A stretch of DNA of 64,000 bases from Verrucomicrobiia bacterium (GTDB taxonomy: Bacteria > Verrucomicrobiota > Verrucomicrobiia > Limisphaerales > UBA1319), in assembly GCA_963664225.1 (NCBI GenBank), contig OY760937.1, positions 3,744,001 to 3,808,000 on the forward strand, given 5' to 3'. A program made the translations under genes and the position numbers. How positions within the stretch are numbered: the stretch's first letter is position 1; the number at the start of each line of letters is the position of its first letter. The notes below the pieces were generated by a model. The model saw nothing but the letters and a program-made list of their open reading frames with translations. It was not told the DNA's origin and did not search any database. This document shows positions 49,919-59,010 of the stretch, piece by piece.

Positions 49919-50446
49919 CTATTTGGGTGGAGTGGATCATCGGCGATGCCTTGAAGCCATAAATCAGAAATCATCGAAAGATCGCCGACGAACACGACGG
50001 GGTTGGGTCCCGGCTCGCTTGTGAGTTTCCAAAGCCAGAAACGCAACGGAGCGGTTGGGAATTCCGCCCGCGCGGGGTTTCCTTGGGTCGCGGATCAGCG
50101 GAAGGCCCAATCAGCGAAGTGGAGTGGTGGCGCAGGAAAGCTCGCAAGGGAGCCCCTGGGGGGAAGCCAAGTCTGCAATGCTTTGAAGGGGAAAGGGCAA
50201 ACGCTCGCAGTGTTGGCGATGGGGGATAAATACGAGAGATGTCCAGAGGGCTTGCCCTTTGGTGCGGGGTGTGGGGATGGCATGAAGGCCCCACGCGGCT
50301 GGATGCAATTGTTATCCAAAACAAATTAATACCGATAACATGGAACATCGCTGGCAAATCACCCCGTTCTCTGCCTGGATGAGGTTTAATTTAACGTATC
50401 CGTCAGGCGAAGTGGCTATAGGCAATGGCCGGGCTGAAGTGGTTAA

Positions 50447-50794
50447 ATGGGGGGCGTGAAGCACCGAACTGCATCCTCAAATCGATTTCCGCAAACCACA
50501 TGTGAACAACGTGCCCAATGGATCCTTCGCTATCACCAGAGTGGATTGACGCGGCGCGCCTTTGCTTCTGAGTATGGCATCGGATTGTCCACATTGGGGA
50601 GGTGGCTCAGAGACCCGGTGCCCACCGCCGTGGAACCACCCGCACTGCCACGCCTGCAGGAAGTCCCTCTGGCTTCCCTGCTGGGAAATTCGCCTTGGGC
50701 TGCGGAAATCACCTTTGCCGACGGGACCGCGGTGCGCCTGACTGGGGACCTGGCCGACCGACTTTTGCAACCCTGGCTTGGGGCGCGTTCATGA
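50447..50794 (+). CDS. tnpA: IS66 accessory protein TnpA
   Basis: YHQSGLTRRAFASEYGIGLSTLGRWL HTH. Confidence 0.85.
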   Translation: MGGVKHRTASSNRFPQTTCEQRAQWILRYHQSGLTRRAFASEYGIGLSTLGRWLRDPVPTAVEPPALPRLQEVPLASLLGNSPWAAEITFADGTAVRLTGDLADRLLQPWLGARS

Positions 50795-51126
50795 TCACGC
50801 CCACTGCCGCCACACGTATCTTCGTTGCCCTGGCTCCGATGGACTTGCGCCAGTCCTTTAACGGGCTGTGTGCCTGGGTCCAGGAGTCCTTGCGTCAGGA
50901 TCCTCTCTCGGGCCATCTTTTTTTGTTCACCAACAAACACCGGAACCGTCTCAAGGCCCTTTACTGGGACGGCAGCGGACTTTGGGTCAGCACAAAACGT
51001 TTGGAGCGGGGTCGATTTACCTGGCCACAAGGGGAGGGATTGCAGGCAAACTTGCGCGCCGAGGAACTCAGCGCGTTAGTCAACGGATTGGAGATCCGCG
51101 CACGCAAAGACTGGCGGCGAAACTGA
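50791..51126 (+). CDS. tnpB: IS66 accessory protein TnpB
   Basis: DLRQSFNGL, LFLFTNK, LYWDGSG..KRLERGRF; ATGA overlap with tnpA. Confidence 0.92.
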   Translation: MITPTAATRIFVALAPMDLRQSFNGLCAWVQESLRQDPLSGHLFLFTNKHRNRLKALYWDGSGLWVSTKRLERGRFTWPQGEGLQANLRAEELSALVNGLEIRARKDWRRN

Positions 51127-51192
51127 AAGATTCTTAAAATAAATTGCGTATAACTATTGACATAATAATTTATATTGTTATGAGTAATAACA

Positions 51193-52842
51193 ATGAATCC
51201 AGCACCGTCACTGACTCCCGAACTTCTGGCTCAGATGCCCGAGTCCTTCCGCGGTGTCGTCCTCCAGGCCGTTGGTCAGCTCGAAAGTCAGGTGCAGTCT
51301 CTGTCCAGCGAGAACAAGCTCCTGCGCCAGAAAATCGATGCCCTGATCCGCCAGTATTTTGGTTCACCCAAAAACGAGACCCTCGATCCCAACCAACTGC
51401 TTCTGCTCTTGAGCGGACTGGCAGGAACCTCCGCCCCGGTTGCGGCCACCCCGGTCCAATCCGCCCCGGCTTCCAAAGCCACGACAAATCGCAAACCGGC
51501 CCGTTCGGGGATTCCGGAGAATCTGCCCATTGAAAAGGTGGTGCTGCTGCCCGACGAGGTGAAAGCCAACCCGGACCAGTTCCGCCAGATTGACCAGCTG
51601 ATCACACGGGAATTGGACTATGAGCCGGGCCGGTTTTTCTGGAGGGAAATTACGCGGCCAAAGTTTGTGCGTCGGACTGCGGCGGCCCCGGCCCCCGAAA
51701 TTTCGCTCACGACACCGGAAGGCAAGCTGCCGCCGCTGGCGTTGGCCCTGGCAATGACCTCGTTGCCCGAGGTCAGGGAGGTTCTGATCGCGGAGCTGCC
51801 CAACCGGCTGATCGAAAAAGGACTGCCGGGAGTGGGCTTGCTGGTCCACTTGATTTTGAGCCGCTTTGAAGATCATCTGCCCTTTTACCGGCTGGAAAAG
51901 ATCTTCCGGGAACGACACAGGGTGCCCATCGCCCGGCAGACAATGGTCGATTGGACCGAACGCCTGGCCGATTGGTTCCTGCCGGTCTATCGCGAGATGG
52001 CCGCTGGACTGCGCGCCGCCAAATATCTTCAAGCCGACGAGACCCCCATTCAATATCTGGACCGGGAAGTGCCCGGGCGCAGTTGCACGGGATACTTCTG
52101 GGTGTATGGCCAGCCAGGCGGAGATGTGATTTTCGAGTGGAAGACCAGCCGGGGCCGGGAAGGACCCAAGGCGTTTCTGGAGACTTTCAAGGGCAAGCTC
52201 CAATGCGATGGCTATGGCGTCTATCAATCTTTGGCTAGGGAACGGGAGGATTGGACCCTGATCGGTTGCTGGGCCCATTGCCGGCGATATTTCCATAAGG
52301 CCAAGGATCATGACCGGCACGCGGCCTGGTTTTTGAAGCAAATCAGCCTGCTCTATGAGATTGAACGACGTCTGAGCCAGCAGAAGGCCGGGCCCAACCT
52401 GCGGGAAGCCGTGCGGGCTGCGGAGGCCAAGCCCGTGCTCGCGCGCATTGGAAGGGCGCTGGAGAAAATCGAGCCCAAGATTTTGCCCCAAAGCCTTCTG
52501 GGCAAGGCCATCCATTATGCCAGGGGTTTGTGGACAGAGTTGAATCAATATGCCCAGTTCGGGGAGGTGGCGATTGATAATAATCCGATCGAGAACATAA
52601 TTCGGCCCACGGCCATTGGGAAAAAGAACTTCCTGTTCATTGGCCATCCCGAGGCGGGCTGGCGAAGCGCCGTGATCTACTCGATCCTGGGCAGTTGTCA
52701 TCGCCATAAAATCAATCCGGCCCTCTATTTGCGTGATGTGCTCAGCCGCCTCCCCAACATGCAGCAAAGTGAGGTGCCAACCATTACCCCAAAAGCCTGG
52801 GCCAAGGCACATCCCGAAGCGCTCGCACAGTTGCCCAAGTAA
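51193..52842 (+). CDS. tnpC: IS66 transposase TnpC
   Basis: HLPFYR, ADETP, CDGY, CWAHCRR, IDNNPIENIIR. Confidence 0.95.
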   Translation: MNPAPSLTPELLAQMPESFRGVVLQAVGQLESQVQSLSSENKLLRQKIDALIRQYFGSPKNETLDPNQLLLLLSGLAGTSAPVAATPVQSAPASKATTNRKPARSGIPENLPIEKVVLLPDEVKANPDQFRQIDQLITRELDYEPGRFFWREITRPKFVRRTAAAPAPEISLTTPEGKLPPLALALAMTSLPEVREVLIAELPNRLIEKGLPGVGLLVHLILSRFEDHLPFYRLEKIFRERHRVPIARQTMVDWTERLADWFLPVYREMAAGLRAAKYLQADETPIQYLDREVPGRSCTGYFWVYGQPGGDVIFEWKTSRGREGPKAFLETFKGKLQCDGYGVYQSLAREREDWTLIGCWAHCRRYFHKAKDHDRHAAWFLKQISLLYEIERRLSQQKAGPNLREAVRAAEAKPVLARIGRALEKIEPKILPQSLLGKAIHYARGLWTELNQYAQFGEVAIDNNPIENIIRPTAIGKKNFLFIGHPEAGWRSAVIYSILGSCHRHKINPALYLRDVLSRLPNMQQSEVPTITPKAWAKAHPEALAQLPK

Positions 52843-53374
52843 CCGATGCCTTGTTGCGGGTGACTTCTGAAAGTTGCCATATTCGCCTTTCACGCCGCCA
52901 ATCTAATCAGGCCAGCCCCACATTGCCTATTGCCACTTCGCCTGACGGATACAATTTAACCGAGTTACGCTCGGGTGAACTAGGCAGCGGGGGTGCAGAA
53001 GGTAAGGGACATCTTGGCCGCAAATCTAACTTCGGCCCAATCAAAAAGTCATCAAATTCCGGAAGACAAGGCGATCCGGGAAGGCTCGGCGTCCCCGGAT
53101 CGCCTGGGAGTCGCGGTTTCCAGGTTCTCGACCTAATCGCGAAGCCGGTAGAGGAGCTTCCACTTGACGCAAGGTGAAGGAATAGCATCCGTTGTAATCT
53201 ATACTCACCCATAACCCGCGCCGTAATCATGGCTTACTGGCCACATCTACGTAGCGGGTGCCCACCAACAGATAGAATGTCAGACCCTGCAGAGGGTGTT
53301 GATGGCGGCGTGGAGTAGAAACTTGCCCAGCCATCTGGAGGTATGGCACCTTTTCGTTTGTGCCAAGCGGATAA

Positions 53375-53566
53375 GTGGATCGCCATAGCGCTGTGGCGTT
53401 TAGTCCGGATAGCCGTTGGGTGGTCACAGGCAGCTACGACGATACCGCGCGCCTATGGGATTTGTGGGGCCACCGATCCAACCTATCCACCAACGAATGG
53501 AAGAATAATCTTCCCGGCCAGCCTTACTTCGAAGTGTTTCCCGGTCTGCCGATTCCAAGTAACTGA
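53375..53566 (+). pseudogene. C-terminal fragment of a WD40-repeat protein
   Basis: AVAFSPDSRWVVTGSYDDTARLWDL followed by NLSTNEW...LPGQPY. Confidence 0.7.
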
Positions 53567-53978
53567 GCCAACAGGAATCCGAAATCTCCAGCTTTGAATA
53601 TAGGAGTAACGGATCCACCTCTAATTTCGAAATCCAAAAGGGGTACATGCAGGATCGGATTAAGGCCATTGAGAAGGCCAGGGAGATCACTAGTCAATCC
53701 GGAGACCTGGACATCTGGATCCTTCGGGGCCATGCCCCAATCTCCTACGCTGCTCAATCTTAAGATTAGCGGCCTGGGAGTCGACGACTTGCGACTTCGA
53801 TTCCTTTTTCAAAGGGTCGGCGTCATCGGCTTTTACTGTTTTTTTCAGAGTTTTTTGAGGCCCTGGGTCCTGGGTGGTGCGGTCGACTCCGGTAGCGATG
53901 GGGCCGTGGGGTATCGGCTGAAATCGGGGCGGCAGCAGGAAATAAGCAACTCCTGACCTCGGAATTGAACGAATTCGC

Positions 53979-55367
53979 ATGTCGCATGTCGAATTACTGA
54001 CCAGGCGAAGTGTCGGGTCGTTCGGTCAAATCAGCCTCAATCAGAAAAAACATATGCTTAATCTTAATTACTGGAACCTCACTTACCGAGAACATACTAT
54101 CAATCTCCAACCAGGGAAAGCTGTTCAGGTGCTGCCTGGAGACGGATACATCGTGGATGACGCTCTGTTTCCCCAAGAAGCGCCAAGAGGGCCGTTTCGT
54201 CCGTCTCGTCCGGGAACAGCGAGTCTCGTTCCCTCGACCGAGGTTCCCAAACGGAATGATCTTCTGAGCTCCCAAATGGCCGTGTTTCAATCAACAACCG
54301 TAGAAGAAGAGGCCACAAATCTTTCTATAGCATTTTCGGCCAGATTTGGCATAGCGAGCGCCAAGGCTGCTTACGAAAGGGCCAGACTGGAGACGAGCTC
54401 AAAAATCATCTTTTATCTGCGAGCAGAGTCAACAAGTCCAGGAGATCAAATAGCTTCTGAGCAGATTCGTTGGAACACTCCACCCGAGGCCGAGGATATC
54501 TCAGATCCCGACCAGCGCATGAGGCAGTTTCTAGATGACTACGGTTCGCACTACGCAGTTCAGGTGTTTTACGGTCAATCCCTATACATTCGGGTTGCCT
54601 GCAACAGCCATATGCAGCAGGCACACGAGAAAATTTCTGCTGCAATAAACGCCGTTGGCTTGTTCTGGAGGGTTGGAGGCGAGTTTAGCAGAGAAGCGAG
54701 GGAGTTCTTTTCGAGTCAAGATTGCTCCATCGAAACCTCCCTCCTCGGCGGTGCTGTGAACCCATCGGGGGCGCTTTACGTCACGGGCATTGACCAGGTT
54801 CTGGACCTAGTCGATAAATTACGCAAAGGACAAGTGACTATTGACTCAGGCCCCTTACAGTGCAGAGTATGGTCCTACTGGCATACCTTAAAGGCTTTTC
54901 CGAAGTGTCGTGAACTATTTGATCGCTACACTCAACCGACGCCAGTCCCCACTCCATTCGGTGTGCCCAAGGGCACTGTTCTGATGTGGGCTCCAGATGA
55001 AGGTAACCTTCGTCGTGATAGTGCCTCGGGCGAAATCGTCGAGGTCATACCACCGGAGGGTTGGGTAAACCTAGATGGCAGCAAGGGCGGCAAGGATCTT
55101 ACGGATCGAGTCCCCATGGCAGTGGGCAAGTGGTCACGTTTATGGGAACAGGGGGGGCGGAAGGACATTCCTGACGATGGTGCTCATACTCCTTCCGGTT
55201 CGCTTCCTTGGGGAAAGGGAGCCCGAGATGGATATGGTTTCCAAGGGGAAGGCGATGAATGTATGTTGCTCAACATTTCATTCAACGGAAATCCCATCCC
55301 TGGACACAATCACGGCGGTGAGAACCGCCCACCTTATTTCGGATTGTTTTTCATAATGAAGTTGTAG
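53979..55367 (+). CDS. MACPF-like domain fused to a phage tail collar/microcystin-dependent-like C-terminal domain
   Basis: FLDDYGSHYAVQVFYG resembles the MACPF signature; VPKGTVLMW..PEGW..DG..DLTDR..ENRPPYFGLFFIMKL is tail-collar-like. Confidence 0.7.
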   Translation: MSHVELLTRRSVGSFGQISLNQKKHMLNLNYWNLTYREHTINLQPGKAVQVLPGDGYIVDDALFPQEAPRGPFRPSRPGTASLVPSTEVPKRNDLLSSQMAVFQSTTVEEEATNLSIAFSARFGIASAKAAYERARLETSSKIIFYLRAESTSPGDQIASEQIRWNTPPEAEDISDPDQRMRQFLDDYGSHYAVQVFYGQSLYIRVACNSHMQQAHEKISAAINAVGLFWRVGGEFSREAREFFSSQDCSIETSLLGGAVNPSGALYVTGIDQVLDLVDKLRKGQVTIDSGPLQCRVWSYWHTLKAFPKCRELFDRYTQPTPVPTPFGVPKGTVLMWAPDEGNLRRDSASGEIVEVIPPEGWVNLDGSKGGKDLTDRVPMAVGKWSRLWEQGGRKDIPDDGAHTPSGSLPWGKGARDGYGFQGEGDECMLLNISFNGNPIPGHNHGGENRPPYFGLFFIMKL

Positions 55368-55459
55368 GAAACACCAAACCCTCTCAACCGAAGTGACCAA
55401 CAACAGGGTACAGGGAAGTTGATGCTGTTGACCACCAAACACCATCCGAAACGGCCAGA

Positions 55460-55566
55460 CCTCCCAAGAAGTCAGTCTGGCTGGCCTATAATCGTCCCAT
55501 TTTGGTTTGCGGAAACAGCCGGGGAGGTGCCTCCCAAGAAGTCAGTCTGGCTGGCCTATAATCGTC
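55460..55566. repeat. Two 37-bp direct repeats separated by 33 bp
   Basis: cctcccaagaagtcagtctggctggcctataatcgtc at 55460 and 55530. Confidence 0.9.
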
Positions 55567-55961
55567 TGGTATGGTCCGCAAGAAACAGAGGATTGAAGGG
55601 CAGGGAAAAAGAATTCCTGCGGCAGCTTGGTGAATCTCGGGTGGCTCGGGTCTGGATGAATGAAGATTATCGGACAGATATATTTCAAGCTATAGCGTCG
55701 GCACAGACCTTTATCGAATCAGTGTTAACCTAATTAGGCTTTCGATGCCGATGGTTTATTATCGTTACGAGCATCGCTCGCAAGTTCATTCGACTTCCGG
55801 AGGTGGCCAAGCGCAACGGTGTGCTTAAGCATCGCATCTGATGTGACCCAGAGTTTTCTCGATTGATTGCTTAGTAATGGGCAGAAAGTCGCCGCCAGCC
55901 GTCCGAAACGTCCCCTACAACGAAGTGCGGGATGCTTTCGACTGGCTGGAGATCAAAATAA

Positions 55962-57446
55962 TCACGGCGTGACGTTCATACATCCGCCAATTTTGCAGTG
56001 ACGGCCACCCAGCGGAGATGGTTTCTTGGGGGGATCATCATCTGCTTTATCGATTGCTGCCCATAGGGAAAACCGGTCGGGGAACCGTCGTTGGTTGTGC
56101 CTGCCACGGAAGAAAGTTAGGCCGCGATTTGGGTCCCGAGTAGTCCAAAGCGGCGCAGAATTCATGTCGAGGTCGAATGACATACGGGCGGCACTACTGC
56201 CGATATCGGGCGTGATGAAGGGGGAGGCTCCTGTCACCTTGACGCGCTCGAAGCCTGCAAGGAAGTCCGTAAATGCGAGCAAGGCGGCGAGTGGATTGCG
56301 CTCGAAGTTCGACCAAAGCGCATCCCAGTCCAAGCTGTCGGCGGATAGGTGCACTTGCTCGTGGTGCTCCGCGATTGCAGCGGCGATATGCTTGACGTCC
56401 GGACGCTGCCTTTCAGACGGGGCCATGCAATTAAGAAACTCGTGGGCAGAGAATAGTGCGTGGAGTCTCCCCCAAGAACGGGTGCGGGGGTCCTGGTCAT
56501 TGCACCCTTCAAGATGCCAAAGAACCTCATAAGGGCTTTTCTGGGCCAGGAAGTCCTGCTGTGCCCTTATCATGGCCTGTTGTAGGTCTGATGGGAGGAG
56601 TATTCCGATTTCCGTAACTAGGTATCCCAGAATCTCAGCAAATTGTTCCCAGAATGCCGGCATAATTCGGTCAACCGCTTGACAGTGTCGAAATTCCCTT
56701 GCGGTCAGCAGGTACCATGTGGCTGTGTCATAACCGGCGTCATGCCAAAGCGCTATCGCAATCCATGCTCGCCTGAGCCAGACTTCCGGCTCGGTATCAA
56801 GCATTGGGCTGTCAAACCAGTCCGAATGCTGCGCCCGATACATTTCAGCCAGAGCCCCAAAGAGGGTGATCGGACGGCAAGAGCCCCGAGTCGCGCGGCT
56901 TCCGCAGACGGCGTCTCGTAGCCTTTTTTCGATTGGCATACCAAGGGCGACCTCTCCTATGAACAGGCAAATCAGGGTGTGAACCAAGTGGTCTCTATTC
57001 TCGTATGGGAAGAATTTTCGTCCGGCGAGGGCTTTTTCGAATTCCTTGCGCTCGTAGAAGGCACCGAGAAAATGCCGGATCCACTCGGGTGAAAGGCTGT
57101 GCCGAACGACAATCGGTCCGCACGGCTCCGCGTTGCTATCCATGTTCAGGCGAACAGCAGGGAGTGGGTAGTTGTGCTCAATGCAGAGACCTACAAGTTC
57201 CCTGAGCGGTGGTGAAAGTCTACCCCCGAGTATGGAAATAGTGCTATTTGAGAGATCTTTGAGGGGCTCGAGGTAGTTACCCCCTCTGCTTAGTGGCAGC
57301 GTAGAGATATGCCTCGCGAGGAGGTCTAATTTATCCTGCAGCCATAAATCGCCCATTGGTTTGCCGAAAGCGTTGGACCAAGACGTTTCATGGTTCCACG
57401 CCTCGTATGAAAAGTGGCTTAGGGTTCGTTCGATTTGAGTGCTCAT
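55962..57446 (-). CDS. HD-superfamily phosphohydrolase-like protein
   Basis: RDHLVH, ALWHDAGYD, LHALFSA, AIAEHH, NPLAALLAFTD. Confidence 0.7.
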   Translation of the reverse strand: MSTQIERTLSHFSYEAWNHETSWSNAFGKPMGDLWLQDKLDLLARHISTLPLSRGGNYLEPLKDLSNSTISILGGRLSPPLRELVGLCIEHNYPLPAVRLNMDSNAEPCGPIVVRHSLSPEWIRHFLGAFYERKEFEKALAGRKFFPYENRDHLVHTLICLFIGEVALGMPIEKRLRDAVCGSRATRGSCRPITLFGALAEMYRAQHSDWFDSPMLDTEPEVWLRRAWIAIALWHDAGYDTATWYLLTAREFRHCQAVDRIMPAFWEQFAEILGYLVTEIGILLPSDLQQAMIRAQQDFLAQKSPYEVLWHLEGCNDQDPRTRSWGRLHALFSAHEFLNCMAPSERQRPDVKHIAAAIAEHHEQVHLSADSLDWDALWSNFERNPLAALLAFTDFLAGFERVKVTGASPFITPDIGSSAARMSFDLDMNSAPLWTTRDPNRGLTFFRGRHNQRRFPDRFSLWAAIDKADDDPPKKPSPLGGRHCKIGGCMNVTP

Positions 57447-57450
57447 GAGC

Positions 57451-59010
57451 CTAGTCGTTCGCGAACATGCGTATAATTCTCATTAGCGCCTCGGACATTC
57501 CTGTGGAATGTTGGTCGGCAGCGATGATCTGGGCGAGGGTGCTCGACGATGTTGCATTTGGAGCAATGTCGGCGGCATGCACAAGGGTCTCTCGGTGGGG
57601 AAGGAAACAAACTCTATTCTTCAGCCGATTCCAATTTTGTCTAAAGAGGGCAGCGATTCTCGCGGGTGTCAATTCCGGAGAACGATCCATATAAGCAGCA
57701 ATTATTGGCGTATTTTCAAGGGCAGGAATCAGGAGCTCGGTGTTTTTTAGCAATGCCGCAGTGGTTGCCTCGCAAAAGTCCACCACCACGGCCAGACGAT
57801 CGCTGAGGCAAGCTTGGGTAAGCCAGGCTTCTTCAGTCGCTAAGGCGATGATATCGGGTGCCCGAGGCCTTAACACTACTGTCATGCAGCCGTTGAGTCT
57901 TATTGTGCTTAGAAAGATGTCGAGTGCAAGGTGAGCCATGCCAGGGGCGGTATCGAAAATCACGTGCGAGAATTTCTTCTCCGTAATGAGGTGCTTGGCA
58001 AGCGAACAAATCCGGCGCTGGTTTAACTCGCTCCGTTCCGCTCCCTGGGCTTGATCCAATTTCTGAATATCAGAGGAAATGATGGAACCTGGCACGAGGG
58101 TAAGGCGATCTTTCCAGGCGGGGTCTCCGTCGGAGATGGGCAGAAGCATTTCATCTGGGAACCATTTATAAGCTGAAGGAGACGTAAACCAGTTTACGAA
58201 TCGAACGGCCTTGCTCCTGCCAGGGCGGGTTGTGGGCAGGTAGAACTCCAGTGCGGGGCCTTCGTCGTCAGCGTCAACCAGGCAGACCTTATTATCGGGG
58301 CAGCGAGCCAAGTTAATAGCAAGCGCGATGGCAACGGTGGACTTTCCAACGCCGCCCTTACTTGAGTGAATGCTGATGACCCTCCCGTGCTGGATGCTTT
58401 CGTCGCTCAACCTGAAGGCCTCGTCAAGGGACGTCAGTTGGGCTAAATAGGCTGACGTACTTTTTACAATGGTCGTTAAGTTAGGTGTGAGATCATTTAG
58501 CTCAAGTCGGGCCTTGATGGCAGCATTGAGTGGGCGGCGCTGTTTGCTTGAGAGTTTTTCGAGGACAAAACCGAATACGGAGACACACTGTTCAACGATG
58601 CGCGGCGATGGCGATTGCACGCCTGATAAAAGTGATTCAAACGCGCGATCAACTAAGTCCCTCTCCTCAGCCGTCATTGGCCGTAGACACAGCGCGGCAT
58701 AAAGAAATTCACCGGCCTCTTTCACATATTTGCCTGCTGCGAAAAGCAGTCGACACTTTTCGGCGGACTCGGTTAAAAGGTCGGTATGCAGATTGTAGTT
58801 GGTAGCCAATCGGGCGAGCATGAAGTATTCCTCGCAACGGAGGTGCTGAGCTTTGAGGAACTTAGCAGATGGTTTGGATAATGAGGAGAAGCTAGAAAGA
58901 ACGCCAGCCCGATAGTGGTCTTTCAGGCGCTGTGAGATGGCGGATGGATCCTGCAGGGGCGTGCTGGTGTCCGGGTTGGGGTTGTTAGATGGAACATCTT
59001 TCGCTTTCAT
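57451..59010 (-). CDS. MinD/ParA-like P-loop ATPase with a helical N-terminal domain
   Basis: SIHSSKGGVGKST, LVDAD, IFDTAPG; ATG at 59010 overlaps the radical SAM stop (ATGA). Confidence 0.8.
   Translation of the reverse strand: MKAKDVPSNNPNPDTSTPLQDPSAISQRLKDHYRAGVLSSFSSLSKPSAKFLKAQHLRCEEYFMLARLATNYNLHTDLLTESAEKCRLLFAAGKYVKEAGEFLYAALCLRPMTAEERDLVDRAFESLLSGVQSPSPRIVEQCVSVFGFVLEKLSSKQRRPLNAAIKARLELNDLTPNLTTIVKSTSAYLAQLTSLDEAFRLSDESIQHGRVISIHSSKGGVGKSTVAIALAINLARCPDNKVCLVDADDEGPALEFYLPTTRPGRSKAVRFVNWFTSPSAYKWFPDEMLLPISDGDPAWKDRLTLVPGSIISSDIQKLDQAQGAERSELNQRRICSLAKHLITEKKFSHVIFDTAPGMAHLALDIFLSTIRLNGCMTVVLRPRAPDIIALATEEAWLTQACLSDRLAVVVDFCEATTAALLKNTELLIPALENTPIIAAYMDRSPELTPARIAALFRQNWNRLKNRVCFLPHRETLVHAADIAPNATSSSTLAQIIAADQHSTGMSEALMRIIRMFAND

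Larger units (their letters stand above)
50396..52952 (+). mobile_element. IS66-family element, complete
   Basis: IRs gtatccgtcaggcgaagtggc / gccacttcgcctgacggatac; 8-bp target duplication aatttaac (50388-50395, 52953-52960). Confidence 0.96.

Noticed and set aside
51364..52893. 509-aa minus-strand ORF
   Set aside because: Antisense shadow of IS66 tnpC with no recognisable motifs.
55460..55566. CRISPR array call
   Set aside because: Only two repeats, no typical repeat termini and no cas genes in the window.
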